Positions 8,188-17,442 of a stretch of DNA of 28,743 nucleotides are shown one piece after another (positions within the stretch are counted from its first letter, which is position 1; every line of letters starts with the position of its first letter). The position numbers and the translations under genes were made by a program. The notes under the pieces are model-generated. The model saw only the letters and a list, made by a program, of their open reading frames with translations. It searched no databases and was not told the DNA's origin. Source of the DNA: Bacillota bacterium (GTDB taxonomy: Bacteria; Bacillota; Desulfotomaculia; Desulfotomaculales; Desulfallaceae); assembly GCA_009781965.1 (NCBI GenBank), contig WQUS01000115.1, forward strand, positions 1-28,743. Direction: 5' to 3'.

Positions 8188-8388
8188 ATGGTTAAAAAGA
8201 CCTGTCCCAACTGTAACCGGGACAGCTTCAGCACTATGCTGCCCGCTCAATGGTACTGTCCTTATTGTAATGCGGATATTAGCCAGGCGGCAGCAAAGGC
8301 TTTGCTGTTATCCTCTATTTCATTGCGGGATTTGTCACGGCGCAGGGAGGCCGACAGGAATGTAAAGGCGGAAGAGATGCAAGCTTAA
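8188..8388 (+). CDS. Small Zn-ribbon protein of unknown function
   Basis: CPNC-x13-WYCPYC in 66 aa, G-rich SD, co-oriented with the cro-like gene. Confidence 0.7.
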   Translation: MVKKTCPNCNRDSFSTMLPAQWYCPYCNADISQAAAKALLLSSISLRDLSRRREADRNVKAEEMQA

Positions 8389-8435
8389 CGGAACCAATAA
8401 TTAGGCGCCGCTAAAAAAGTTGGATTTTCACCAAG

Positions 8436-8467
8436 GCCCACAATCATTTGCCATACGGATTGTGGGC
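8436..8467 (+). terminator. Inverted repeat after the Zn-ribbon gene, possible terminator
   Basis: GCCCACAATC-N12-GATTGTGGGC followed by an AT-rich tract. Confidence 0.5.
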
Positions 8468-8564
8468 TTAATTATTATTATAGGTTTTATAATTGCCGCG
8501 GAATTGGTAAAATAACTTAAAGTTAATCCTTTAGGCAACGGTTTTAACCGCGGAGGAGTGTAGG

Positions 8565-9374
8565 ATGAGAATAATTGTTTTAATTAAACAGGTTCCCGGC
8601 ACTGCGGACAGCCGCATGGATCCCGAAACAGGGGTGATGATCCGCGACGCGGGCGAAAGCATCATGAATCCGCTGGATGAACATGCGGTTAGCGAAGCGG
8701 TGAGCATAAAGAAAAGCCATCCCGGTACGGAAGTCGTGGCCCTGAGCATGGGCCCCCCGGCGGCGGAAAAGGTTCTCCGGGAAGCTTGCGCCAGGGGCGC
8801 CGACAGGGGGATTTTGCTTTCCCATAAAGCTTTCGGCGGTTCCGACACTATTGCTACCTCCCGGGTACTGGCGGCGGCGATCCGCAAAGTCGGCGATGTT
8901 GATTTGGTTTTGGCCGGGGAGAAAGCCACCGACGGGGAAACCGGGCAAACCGGGCCCATGACGGCGACGCTGCTGGATATGCCGGTGATTACCTTTGTGC
9001 ACCGGCTGACCGTAAGCGACAAACATATTATCGCCCAGCGCATGGTGGAAGAGGGCGTCGAAGAGCTGCAGGTCAATTTGCCGGCGCTGGTAACGGTGGT
9101 TAAGGATATCAATAACCCCCCTCTGCCCACCATCAGAGGCTATGTTCTGGCCAAGAAACAAACCTTCCCCGTCTGGGGGCCGGCGGATCTGGAAATTGAC
9201 GCGGGGGTGCTGGGTCTGAAGGGGTCGCCGACCCGGGTGGTCAAAGTATTCACCCCCAAGCTTTCCCGGCAGACTGTCTTTTACACTGCCGATACTGAAG
9301 AACTGGCCTCGGCCGCGGCGGCGGCTGTGTTAAAAACGATCCGGGAGCGGGGGCTGGTGAAAAGGGATGAGTGA
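8565..9374 (+). CDS. etfB: Electron transfer flavoprotein beta subunit (EtfB/FixA)
   Basis: MRIIVLIKQVP, MNPLDEHA, LSMGPP, GADRGILL, GSDTIATS, GEKATDGETGQTGP and GLKGSPTRV. Confidence 0.95.
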   Translation: MRIIVLIKQVPGTADSRMDPETGVMIRDAGESIMNPLDEHAVSEAVSIKKSHPGTEVVALSMGPPAAEKVLREACARGADRGILLSHKAFGGSDTIATSRVLAAAIRKVGDVDLVLAGEKATDGETGQTGPMTATLLDMPVITFVHRLTVSDKHIIAQRMVEEGVEELQVNLPALVTVVKDINNPPLPTIRGYVLAKKQTFPVWGPADLEIDAGVLGLKGSPTRVVKVFTPKLSRQTVFYTADTEELASAAAAAVLKTIRERGLVKRDE

Positions 9375-10383
9375 TCTGGAACAGCAACCAAGAGTAATGA
9401 TCCTGGCGGAAATCCGCAACCGGCAGATCCATGACCTGACCTTGGAACTGCTCGCTTGGGGCCGGAAACTGGCCGATCAGTTGGGGGCGGCGGTTGATTG
9501 CGTGACGCCCGGTGTTGAGCAAGGAGATTTTAATAAGTTGATTCAGGGCGGCGCCGACCGGGTGCTGGCGGTGCGCGGCGACAGCCGGGACGGTTTGGTG
9601 ATCACTGACGCGGCCCGGTTGCTGGTGGCAACTATCCGGGCCGAACAACCGGAGATCGTGATTGCCGCGGCCACCACCTTCGGCCGGACCGTTATGCCGG
9701 TGGCAGCCGCCAGGCTGGCTACCGGGCTTACCGCGGACTGTACCGCTCTGGATATCGACCCCAAAGACAACCTGCTGCTGCAAACCCGCCCGGCCATTGG
9801 CGGCAATATTATGGCCACCATTAAAACAGTGCAAACCAGGCCGCAGATGGCCACTGTCCGTCCCCGGTCCATTAAACCGGGCGGCCTTGATCCGGACCGG
9901 CGGGGCGAGATTGTATTGCGGCAATATGATATCGGCGCGGACGCCCGGGAAGTGTTATTATCTTTTACGCCTGATGCGGAGCAGGGCGGCAATCTGGAGA
10001 ACGCCGCTATTGTTGTCAGCGGCGGCAAAGGGATGAAGAGCAAGGAAAACTATCAGCTGCTGGAGGAACTGGCGAGCCTGCTTGGCGCCGGACTGGGCGC
10101 TACCAGAGATGCTGTGGAGGCAGGCTGGGCTCCTTTCAGCCGGCAGATCGGCCTGACCGGCAAAACCGTGTCGCCCAAGGTTTATCTTGCCGCCGGAGTG
10201 GCCGGTAAAATACAGCACCTGGCCGGCATATTAACTGCCGAGTACATCATTGCCATCAATGAAGACCCGGAGGCCCAGATTTTTAAAGTGGCCGACCTTG
10301 GCATTGTCGGGGATGCGCCCGGGGTGGCGGCGCAATTGATCCAGGCTCTTAAAGCGCGGCAAGCAGACGGGAGGGAAAATTAA
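9367..10383 (+). CDS. etfA: Electron transfer flavoprotein alpha subunit (EtfA/FixB)
   Basis: TGLTADCT, TRPAIGGN, VVSGGKG, GATRDAV, QIGLTGKTVSP, AGKIQHLAG and AINEDPEAQIF. Overlaps etfB by 8 nt. Confidence 0.95.
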   Translation: MSDLEQQPRVMILAEIRNRQIHDLTLELLAWGRKLADQLGAAVDCVTPGVEQGDFNKLIQGGADRVLAVRGDSRDGLVITDAARLLVATIRAEQPEIVIAAATTFGRTVMPVAAARLATGLTADCTALDIDPKDNLLLQTRPAIGGNIMATIKTVQTRPQMATVRPRSIKPGGLDPDRRGEIVLRQYDIGADAREVLLSFTPDAEQGGNLENAAIVVSGGKGMKSKENYQLLEELASLLGAGLGATRDAVEAGWAPFSRQIGLTGKTVSPKVYLAAGVAGKIQHLAGILTAEYIIAINEDPEAQIFKVADLGIVGDAPGVAAQLIQALKARQADGREN

Positions 10384-10384
10384 A

Positions 10385-11419
10385 ATGGCGGATCAATACG
10401 GGTTAATCACGTCGCAGCTGGTAGCTCTGCTGGGCGAGCCAAATGTTACCGTGGCTGACGATACTATTGTGGTCAGGCCCTCTTCCGGCGAAGAAATAGC
10501 CGCCGTGTTTGCTTTGTCCGCCCAGGCGGGCATGAGCGCCAGGTCCGTCGGTTATGCGGTGGGCCCCGCCGGCGAAGACAGCGGCCCGGCAGACATCTTG
10601 ATTTCCTTGGAAAAAATGAATCAGATTATTTTTGACCGGCAAACCACCACCATTACTGTTCAGCCCGCGGCCGAGATGGCTAAGATTGTTGACGCGGCCC
10701 GGGAAAGCGGCTGTATATTTAAGGGCGCCACCTGCCGGCATAAAAAAGGGACGGTGGGGGAAAACGTAGCCGCTTGTTTCAGCAGCGGCGAACCGGATTT
10801 TCAATGCGCGACTCCCTGCCTGTGCGGTCTGGAGCTGGTGCTGACCGACGGCAGTATCATCACGGTGGGAGAAAAATTGGTCAAAGATTTAAACGCTTAC
10901 CAGCTGACTTACCTGATGGGCGGGAACAGGGAAGAGCAGGCGGTGCTGAGCGGCATCCATCTGAGACCGCTGCCGGCGGAGCAGGAGGAATTTTGGTTGG
11001 TGACAAGTTTACAGGCGCCGGATGGTTTGCCTGGCCTCTGGCGGCTGCTGAACCGGGAATATCGCGGCGCCATGGAAGCCGCCCTTGACCTTAAGTTGGA
11101 ACGGTATCCTGAGCTGGGGGAAATAGTGCCTTGGCCACAATTGCCGCCGGCTTGCTCGCTGGTGTCTCTGCGCTGCCGTCCGGCGGAACTGGAGCAGCTC
11201 CTGCCGCTGCTTAACGATGATACTTTTGTAGCCAGCGGCGCCTATCAGAAACAGCTTATTGCGGCCTTTTGCGGCAATCTGGCGGCTAAACTTAAGGCAG
11301 ACCCGCAATTGACCTGTGTTGAGGTTGACGAGGAAGAGCGGGACATTAACAGCGCCGGTTTGGAGGCTGCTTACTGGCGCAAAGAAGAAGGAAAGTTTAG
11401 TTTATTTTACGCTGTTTAA
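10385..11419 (+). CDS. FAD-binding PCMH-type oxidoreductase, divergent GlcD/LctD/GlcE-like
   Basis: N-terminal half follows the GlcD pattern (VVRPSSGEEI, ISLEKMNQII, ITVQP, TVGENVA, LCGLELVLTDGSII, VKDLNAYQLTYL). Several conserved motifs are altered and the protein is short (344 aa). Confidence 0.72.
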   Translation: MADQYGLITSQLVALLGEPNVTVADDTIVVRPSSGEEIAAVFALSAQAGMSARSVGYAVGPAGEDSGPADILISLEKMNQIIFDRQTTTITVQPAAEMAKIVDAARESGCIFKGATCRHKKGTVGENVAACFSSGEPDFQCATPCLCGLELVLTDGSIITVGEKLVKDLNAYQLTYLMGGNREEQAVLSGIHLRPLPAEQEEFWLVTSLQAPDGLPGLWRLLNREYRGAMEAALDLKLERYPELGEIVPWPQLPPACSLVSLRCRPAELEQLLPLLNDDTFVASGAYQKQLIAAFCGNLAAKLKADPQLTCVEVDEEERDINSAGLEAAYWRKEEGKFSLFYAV

Positions 11420-11450
11420 GCAAGCTTGGCCGATTATTGGAGATAGAATT

Positions 11451-11459
11451 TGGTATAAT
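11451..11459 (+). promoter_or_regulatory. Extended -10 promoter (TGnTATAAT) upstream of proA
   Basis: TGGTATAAT at 11451-11459, about 25 nt before the proA start. No clear -35. Confidence 0.5.
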
Positions 11460-11484
11460 TAGATATCTTGGAGGGGGAATGGGG

Positions 11485-12780
11485 ATGAACATGACGGAGC
11501 TGGCCCGCCGGGCCAAGGAAGCTTCCATAAAACTGGCCGCCGCGGACACCGCGCTGAAGAACAAGGCCCTGGCCCAAATTGCCTGGTCCTTGGAGCAACA
11601 TCAAGAGGAAATTATCAAGGCCAACCGGGAGGATTTAGCCAGAAGTGAACAGGAGCACCTGGCCGCGCCTCTTTTAAAGAGGCTGAAATTTGATGAAGCA
11701 AAAATTCAGGACGTGGTGGACGGGATCCACAGCTTAATCGAACTGGAGGACCCGGTGGGTAAAACTATGCTAGCCACCGAACTGGACGACGGCTTGGAGC
11801 TGTACCGGGTGACCTGCCCGATTGGCGTCATTGGGGTGATTTTTGAGTCCCGGCCGGATGCCTTGGTGCAGATTTCCACCCTTGGTTTGAAGAGCGGCAA
11901 CAGCGTGCTGCTGAAAGGCGGCTCCGAAGCTAGGGAGACCAACCGGGTGCTGGCGGATCTGGTGGCCGGGGCGTCGGTGGAGGCCGGTATGCCGGACCAC
12001 TGGCTGGCGCTGCTGGAAACCCGTGCGGATGTAAACGAAATGCTGAAGATGGACCGGGATATTGATTTAATCATTCCCCGGGGCTCCAATGATTTCGTCC
12101 GCTATATCATGGATCACTCCAGGATTCCGGTGATGGGTCATGCCGACGGCATTTGCCACTGTTACGTGGATCAAGCGGCGGATATTGACATGGCGGTGCA
12201 GGTGGTGACAGACTCCAAAACCCAGTATGTGGCTGTCTGCAACGCTACGGAAACCCTGTTGGTCCATGAGCAGATCGCCCCGGCCTTTTTGCCTGTTTTA
12301 CAGCAGGCCTTGACGAACAAAAACGTGGAGTTATGCGGCTGTCCTAAAACCAGAGCCATTATTCCGGTGGCGCCGGCTACCGAAGAGGACTGGCGGACCG
12401 AATACCTGGACTATAAGCTGTCGATAAAAGTGGCGGCGGACTTGGACGAAGCCATTGAGCATATCAATACCTACGGTTCCGGCCATACCGACAGCATTAT
12501 TACCGGGGACAAACAGGCGGCGGCCCGGTTTATGGACTATGTGGATTCGGGTAATGTGCTGTGGAACTGTTCCACCCGGTTTAGCGACGGCTTCCGTTAC
12601 GGCTTCGGGGCCGAGGTGGGGATCAGCACCGCTAAGATTCACTCCCGGGGCCCGGTGGGCCTGGAGGGGCTGCTGATCTACAAATACAAGCTGCTGGGCA
12701 ACGGCCATATCGTGGCCGATTACTCCAACCGGGTCAGGAATTTTAAGCATCAAAAGCTAAACCAAGCATGCCCGATTTGA
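11485..12780 (+). CDS. proA: Gamma-glutamyl phosphate reductase
   Basis: PIGVIGVIFESRP, LLKGGSEA, IIPRGS, HADGICH, CNATETLLVH, SGHTDSI and STRFSDGFRYGFGAEVGISTAKIHSRGPVGL. SD GGAGGGG. Confidence 0.96.
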   Translation: MNMTELARRAKEASIKLAAADTALKNKALAQIAWSLEQHQEEIIKANREDLARSEQEHLAAPLLKRLKFDEAKIQDVVDGIHSLIELEDPVGKTMLATELDDGLELYRVTCPIGVIGVIFESRPDALVQISTLGLKSGNSVLLKGGSEARETNRVLADLVAGASVEAGMPDHWLALLETRADVNEMLKMDRDIDLIIPRGSNDFVRYIMDHSRIPVMGHADGICHCYVDQAADIDMAVQVVTDSKTQYVAVCNATETLLVHEQIAPAFLPVLQQALTNKNVELCGCPKTRAIIPVAPATEEDWRTEYLDYKLSIKVAADLDEAIEHINTYGSGHTDSIITGDKQAAARFMDYVDSGNVLWNCSTRFSDGFRYGFGAEVGISTAKIHSRGPVGLEGLLIYKYKLLGNGHIVADYSNRVRNFKHQKLNQACPI

Positions 12781-12919
12781 TTGGCTATGATTTAGCACAG
12801 CTTTAAGTGTAACAGTGGTGGCCATGGCCATAGCCGGGCGCACAACGCATAGATTTACACAATCAGGGACTGACCTGCTCCCTGATTGTGTAAATCTATA
12901 TCCACAGGGGGACAGCAAT

Positions 12920-13663
12920 ATGAAAATGTTTTGGCCAGTCCTGCTTATTGTGGTGATATTTGCGATTGATGGCTGCTCTTTCCGCCCAAGTGATACAACA
13001 CAAAAAGACTTGTCTAATGAAAAACAAACGACCATAACCACTAGTTAAAATACTGATACGACTGATAATGATATAGGATACCCTCCCCTTACAGTATTAG
13101 CTCGTGGGCACTATTATACTATTTACAAAGGTAGTAATAATGTTTATTATATCAACGGTATTGACCTACCGGAGCTAATGTATACTAATTGGCTGGCTGA
13201 TGATTTGCATGTAAAAGGTCTGGAAGGTGATACAACAAAATATTTAGATTATGTCCCGATGGGCGCAGAAAGAGAAACATTACTGGCTGCTTTTTATCCT
13301 GACGGCACGGTTAGAATCATTTGTGAGATGCCAAATATTATGACATATTTGGAAGTTAGAGACGGTTATTTATATTTTACTAATGATCTATTGAACAATG
13401 GCTATTGTTTGCATCGAATAAATCTCAATATCCCCAAAGAGCAACCTTTTAAAATAGAAAACCTGGGAGAGAAGGGCTATTTATATGGTTTAGGTGATAA
13501 CGGTGATGGTGAGAACATTTTTGATTTTAAGGAAGATGGCATTTATAGTTATGGTGAATCAAATGACGCTCCTTTTTTTAGTTGGACTATGTATAAAATA
13601 TTTTACAATGGTATTGGGCATGAAAAAGTGGGCCCCACCAAAACCACGAATCCAAGCAACTGA
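12920..13663 (+). pseudogene. Lipoprotein (possible DUF5050/beta-propeller-like) interrupted by one in-frame TAA at 13046-13048
   Basis: SD AGGGGGA, then ATG 12920 MKMFWPVLLIVVIFAIDG-C (signal peptide and lipobox-like Cys). After the TAA the same frame stays open and joins ORF 13178..13663. AT-rich. Confidence 0.75.
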
Positions 13664-13704
13664 GTAAATAATATGGCACCACTTCATGGTGGAGGAAAGA
13701 AATC

Positions 13705-14139
13705 TTGAACGTTAAGATAGCACTGAAGACGCAAAAATTGATTTGCCTGATAGTGCTCTCATTATATATATTGTTCCTATTGCATTTAACAATTTTTAGA
13801 TTCAACGTTCACTATGCTCAGCGGCAACTTAATTTAAAATTGTTTGTCAGCTTAATACATGTGGGCCAAAATATTGGGATCAGAGAATTTTTAAGGCAGT
13901 TTTTAGGAAACATAGGCTGGTTTGTTCCGTTGGGATTCTTATTGCCGATGCTGTTGAAAAGAAAAAGTTTGTTTATCACGATGGCTATTGGCTTGTTATT
14001 TTCGTTTTTTATTGAAACTACGCAATTTGTTTTTTATAAAGGTGTGGCTGAGCTGGACGATTTTGTTCTAAACGCGCTGGGCACTGCTATTGGATATTGG
14101 TTGTTGGCTATGATTTGGCCAAGGGCAGACGGACGGTGA
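13705..14139 (+). CDS. VanZ family membrane protein
   Basis: GNIGWFVPLGFLLP, SFFIETTQF and ELDDFVLNALG. TTG start with GGAGG SD. The 3' end overlaps the convergent kinase gene by 32 nt. Confidence 0.88.
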   Translation: MNVKIALKTQKLICLIVLSLYILFLLHLTIFRFNVHYAQRQLNLKLFVSLIHVGQNIGIREFLRQFLGNIGWFVPLGFLLPMLLKRKSLFITMAIGLLFSFFIETTQFVFYKGVAELDDFVLNALGTAIGYWLLAMIWPRADGR

Positions 14140-15529
14140 AAATGCTGCCGCCGCCGGGGCGGTTGGCGGCTTGAATGTTGCCCTGGTGCTGCTCGGCGAT
14201 CCAGCGGGCAATGGCCAGGCCCAGGCCGGAGCCTTCTCTGGGCCTGGCTTCCTCGCCGCGGTAAAACCGGTTAAAGATTAATGACTCGTCGCCGGGCGCG
14301 ATGCCCGGCCCCCGGTCCGCCACGGTAAGGGCCAGCCAGCCGGGCGGGTTTTCCTCCATGGCCAGTTCCACGCCGGTATCCGGCAAGGAGTACTTCAAGG
14401 CGTTGTCCAGCAGGATAAAGACCAGTTGGCTTAAATAATCGGCGTTGGTGGCCACCTGTTTGCCGGCCGGTAACTGACAGGACAGGTCCAAGACCCGGCC
14501 TCCGGCCCAGAAGCGGGCCTGTCTGGCGATCTCCGGCCACAATTCATCCACCGGCACGAGATGCTTCTCCATCTCAAAGCCCGCGTCGGCCCGGGCCAGA
14601 GCCAGCATATGGTCCAGCAGCCTGGTCAGCCGGCGGGCTTCGCCGGCGATATCTTCCATGGCTTCCCTGGCTGTTTCGGTCTCCAGGTTGGGCAGCTGCA
14701 GCAAAAATTCGGTATTGCCGCGGATGGTGGTCAGCGGCGTGCGCAGCTCGTGGGAGGCGTCGGACACAAAACGGCGCTGCAGGTCGTAGCTTTCCTGCAG
14801 CCGGTTATACATAACCTCCAAGCGTCCAAACATGTTGTTTAAAGTGTTGACCATGCGGCCCAGCTCATCCTGGGGGCCGGAGTAGTCGATGCGTTTGCTT
14901 AAATCGCCGCCCTCCCGGATGGACAGGGCGGTGCGGCTGATTCTTTCCACCGGATGCAGGGCCGCCCGGGCCAGGAACCAGCCCAGCAGACCGGCGATGA
15001 ACACCGTGGCGGCGCCGCCGGTAAAAACAATTAACCTTATTTTGTCCAGCAGCAAATCAACGGTGGCCAGGGTCCGGCCCACCTGCAAGATGCCGATCAG
15101 CCGTCCGTCTACTGACAGGGGCACATTATAAACCCGGATACTTTGCGTGCCGGCGCGCACGGTTTCGTAAAAGGCCTTGTTTTGGCCGGCGGCTTGCAGG
15201 GTGTCTTCGCTCAGGGGCAGGTACTGACGGCCCAGGTTGTCGGACCGGCTGATGGTCAGCCCCCGGCTGTCCACCACCTGCAGGTAAGTATCCGGCGTGG
15301 CGAAAACGTTGATGTTGGGCAGGGTGATTTCCTGCAATGAAAAGGGTGATTGTCTAACGGCGACGGACCTGACCACGGAAGCGGCGGTGGACGATATGCC
15401 GGCGTCCACATCCCGGTACAGGATGCGCCCGGCGGTAAAGATGATTGCTAGGGCAAAAAGCGCCAGGGCCAGGCACAAAACGCCGGTGTACAGCATGGTT
15501 AGCTTTAAACGCAGGGACAACCTGAACAT
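14108..15529 (-). CDS. Membrane sensor histidine kinase (HAMP-HisKA-HATPase_c)
   Basis: Two TM segments, HAMP (DELGRMV), H-box SDASHELRTPLT, N-box LLDNALKY, DRGPGI and GSGLGLAIA. ATG overlaps the regulator stop (TGATG). Confidence 0.95.
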   Translation of the reverse strand: MFRLSLRLKLTMLYTGVLCLALALFALAIIFTAGRILYRDVDAGISSTAASVVRSVAVRQSPFSLQEITLPNINVFATPDTYLQVVDSRGLTISRSDNLGRQYLPLSEDTLQAAGQNKAFYETVRAGTQSIRVYNVPLSVDGRLIGILQVGRTLATVDLLLDKIRLIVFTGGAATVFIAGLLGWFLARAALHPVERISRTALSIREGGDLSKRIDYSGPQDELGRMVNTLNNMFGRLEVMYNRLQESYDLQRRFVSDASHELRTPLTTIRGNTEFLLQLPNLETETAREAMEDIAGEARRLTRLLDHMLALARADAGFEMEKHLVPVDELWPEIARQARFWAGGRVLDLSCQLPAGKQVATNADYLSQLVFILLDNALKYSLPDTGVELAMEENPPGWLALTVADRGPGIAPGDESLIFNRFYRGEEARPREGSGLGLAIARWIAEQHQGNIQAANRPGGGSIFTVRLPLAKS

Positions 15530-16203
15530 CACTCCTTTAAGCTGTACCCGACGCCCCGCATGGTATGGATTAATCGCGGCCGGCCGCTATGTTCCAGCTT
15601 TTGCCGGATATTGCCGATATAAACTTCCAGCACGTTTGATTCGCCGGCAAAGTCATAGCCCCAGATGCGCTGCATGATTAGGTCCCTGGTCAGCACCTGA
15701 CCAGGGTGTTCCATAAAGAGACGGAGCAGCTCAAATTCCCTGGCGGTGAGCGGAATAACCTGCTCACCGCGCTGTACTTCTCTTCTTTCAATGTCCAGCA
15801 GCAGATCGGCGAAAGTTAAAGTTAGCTTGTCCCGGCTGTCCCGGGGCCGGGCGCGCCGCAGCAGCGCCCGCACCCGGGCCAGCAGTTCCTCCAGGGCGAA
15901 CGGTTTGACCAAATAGTCGTCCGCGCCGGCATCCAGACCACGCACCCGGTCCGCCACCTCGTCCCGGGCCGTTAAAAGCAGGATGGCCACGTTGCTTTCC
16001 ATCCTCAGCCGGCGGCAAACCTCCCAGCCGTCCATACCAGGCATCATGATGTCCAGGATCACCAGCGCCGGCTTAAACTGCCCGGCGGCGCGCAAACCCT
16101 CTTCCCCGTTGTGGGCGGTCATTACCTCGTGCCCCTCGAAAACAAGCACCCTTTTCATCATGGCGGTAATCTTCAAATCGTCGTCAATCAGTAAAATACG
16201 CAC
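15529..16203 (-). CDS. OmpR/PhoB-family response regulator (MprA/CssR-like)
   Basis: [27 protein letters not shown] and winged helix (IHTMRGVGY). GTG start at 16203 with GGGAG SD 8 nt upstream. Confidence 0.93.
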   Translation of the reverse strand: MRILLIDDDLKITAMMKRVLVFEGHEVMTAHNGEEGLRAAGQFKPALVILDIMMPGMDGWEVCRRLRMESNVAILLLTARDEVADRVRGLDAGADDYLVKPFALEELLARVRALLRRARPRDSRDKLTLTFADLLLDIERREVQRGEQVIPLTAREFELLRLFMEHPGQVLTRDLIMQRIWGYDFAGESNVLEVYIGNIRQKLEHSGRPRLIHTMRGVGYSLKE

Positions 16204-16222
16204 AAAATCAACTCCCGCTAAC

Positions 16223-16248
16223 TCGAGGTTCGAAGTTCGAGGTTCGAG
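16223..16248 (+). repeat. Heptamer tandem array TCGA(A/G)GT, 3 units plus a partial
   Basis: tcgaggt tcgaagt tcgaggt tcgag, between htrA and the regulator. Confidence 0.9.
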
Positions 16249-16262
16249 ACTATGCACCAGGT

Positions 16263-17399
16263 TTATTTTTCCGCCAGGGTGATGATCACTATTCTGGGGC
16301 CGGTTTTATTTTCTACCTGGAGCCGCACTTGATCGCCTACTTTACTTTTGGCGATCAAGTCGGTGATATCGCCGGCGGTATTAATCTTCTGCCCGTTTAT
16401 TTTCAGAATGGCGTCTCCTTCCGCCAGGCCGGCTTTTTCGGCCGGTGAACCTGGTACCACTCCGGCCACGATAGCGCCGGTGTTGTCGGAGAGACCCAAA
16501 TTGGCGGCTAAATCGGCGTTGTTGTTTTGTAAATAAACGCCCATGTAAGGCCGGGAAATTTTGCCGTTGGTGATAAGCGTATTCACCACGCTCTTTACTG
16601 TGCTAGAGGGGATGGCAAAACCGATGCCCTGGGCATTGGCGTTGATGGCGGTATTAATACCGATTACGTCGCCTTTGAGATCCAGCAGCGGGCCGCCGCT
16701 GTTCCCGGGGTTGATGGCGGCGTCGGTTTGCAGCAGGTTTTTATACTGCCGGTTCTCAATGGTAATCGGCCGGCCTTTGGCGCTGAGTACGCCGCTGGTT
16801 ACGGTATGGTCCAGTCCGTAGGGATTGCCGATAGCGATTACCCATTCGCCCACCCGGGCGGCGTCCGAATCGCCGAATACCAGGGAAGGCAGATTTTGAC
16901 CCGCTTTCACTTTAAGCACAGCCAGATCCAACTCGGCGTCCGAGCCAACCAGAGTGGCCGGCAGCGGTTTATCCTGTTCGGAAAGGTAAACCTGGATATC
17001 CGTGGCCTGACTGACTACATGTTCGTTGGTTAGGATATAACCGTCTTTGTTGATAATAAAACCGGAACCCAATCCTTGCTGCATTTGTTGACCTTGGCCG
17101 GGGGCGCCGAAAAACTGCCGGAAAAAAGGGTCCATGTTTGGCGAAACCGGCTGGGTTGTTTCAATTTGCACTACCGCCGGGCTGCACCGGTCTACCACGC
17201 CGGCTATAACATCAGTGCCTTCCGGTGAGGGAGAAGAAGCATAGGCCACCGGCTCAGCGGCGCCTGCTCTGACGGAAAGGGCACTGTCTTTGGGGGCAAA
17301 GAAGAATACCCCCGTGATTAAGAGAATCTGCAGTACCAAGGCTACTGTCAGGCCGGTGGCCAAGCTTAACCGGTACTTGTCTTTGAACATCATGATCAC
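16263..17399 (-). CDS. htrA: HtrA/DegP-like serine protease (TM anchor, trypsin domain, one PDZ)
   Basis: [14 protein letters not shown] (His), DLAVLKV (Asp), [15 protein letters not shown] (Ser) and [16 protein letters not shown]. Confidence 0.95.
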   Translation of the reverse strand: MIMMFKDKYRLSLATGLTVALVLQILLITGVFFFAPKDSALSVRAGAAEPVAYASSPSPEGTDVIAGVVDRCSPAVVQIETTQPVSPNMDPFFRQFFGAPGQGQQMQQGLGSGFIINKDGYILTNEHVVSQATDIQVYLSEQDKPLPATLVGSDAELDLAVLKVKAGQNLPSLVFGDSDAARVGEWVIAIGNPYGLDHTVTSGVLSAKGRPITIENRQYKNLLQTDAAINPGNSGGPLLDLKGDVIGINTAINANAQGIGFAIPSSTVKSVVNTLITNGKISRPYMGVYLQNNNADLAANLGLSDNTGAIVAGVVPGSPAEKAGLAEGDAILKINGQKINTAGDITDLIAKSKVGDQVRLQVENKTGPRIVIITLAEK

Positions 17400-17442
17400 C
17401 TTCCAAATAAAATTTTTATGATCATCATGATGACATCAACGG

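Noticed and set aside
6931-8388. Prophage or ICE call
   Set aside because: No integrase, replication, packaging or structural genes, and no att-like direct repeats were seen.
11485-12780. proA without adjacent proB or a T-box leader
   Set aside because: Split proA/proB loci are common, and the 65-nt gap is too short for a T-box. Not informative without the rest of the genome.
12815-12919. Upstream GTG start for the short ORF 12815..13048
   Set aside because: The signal peptide and SD point to ATG 12920.
13046-13048. Selenocysteine or pyrrolysine recoding in the lipoprotein
   Set aside because: The codon is TAA, not TGA or TAG.
16204-16257. N-terminal extension of the response regulator ([18 protein letters not shown])
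   Set aside because: It is mostly the translated heptamer array. The upstream GTG lacks an SD, while GTG 16203 has GGGAG at good spacing and starts the receiver domain.
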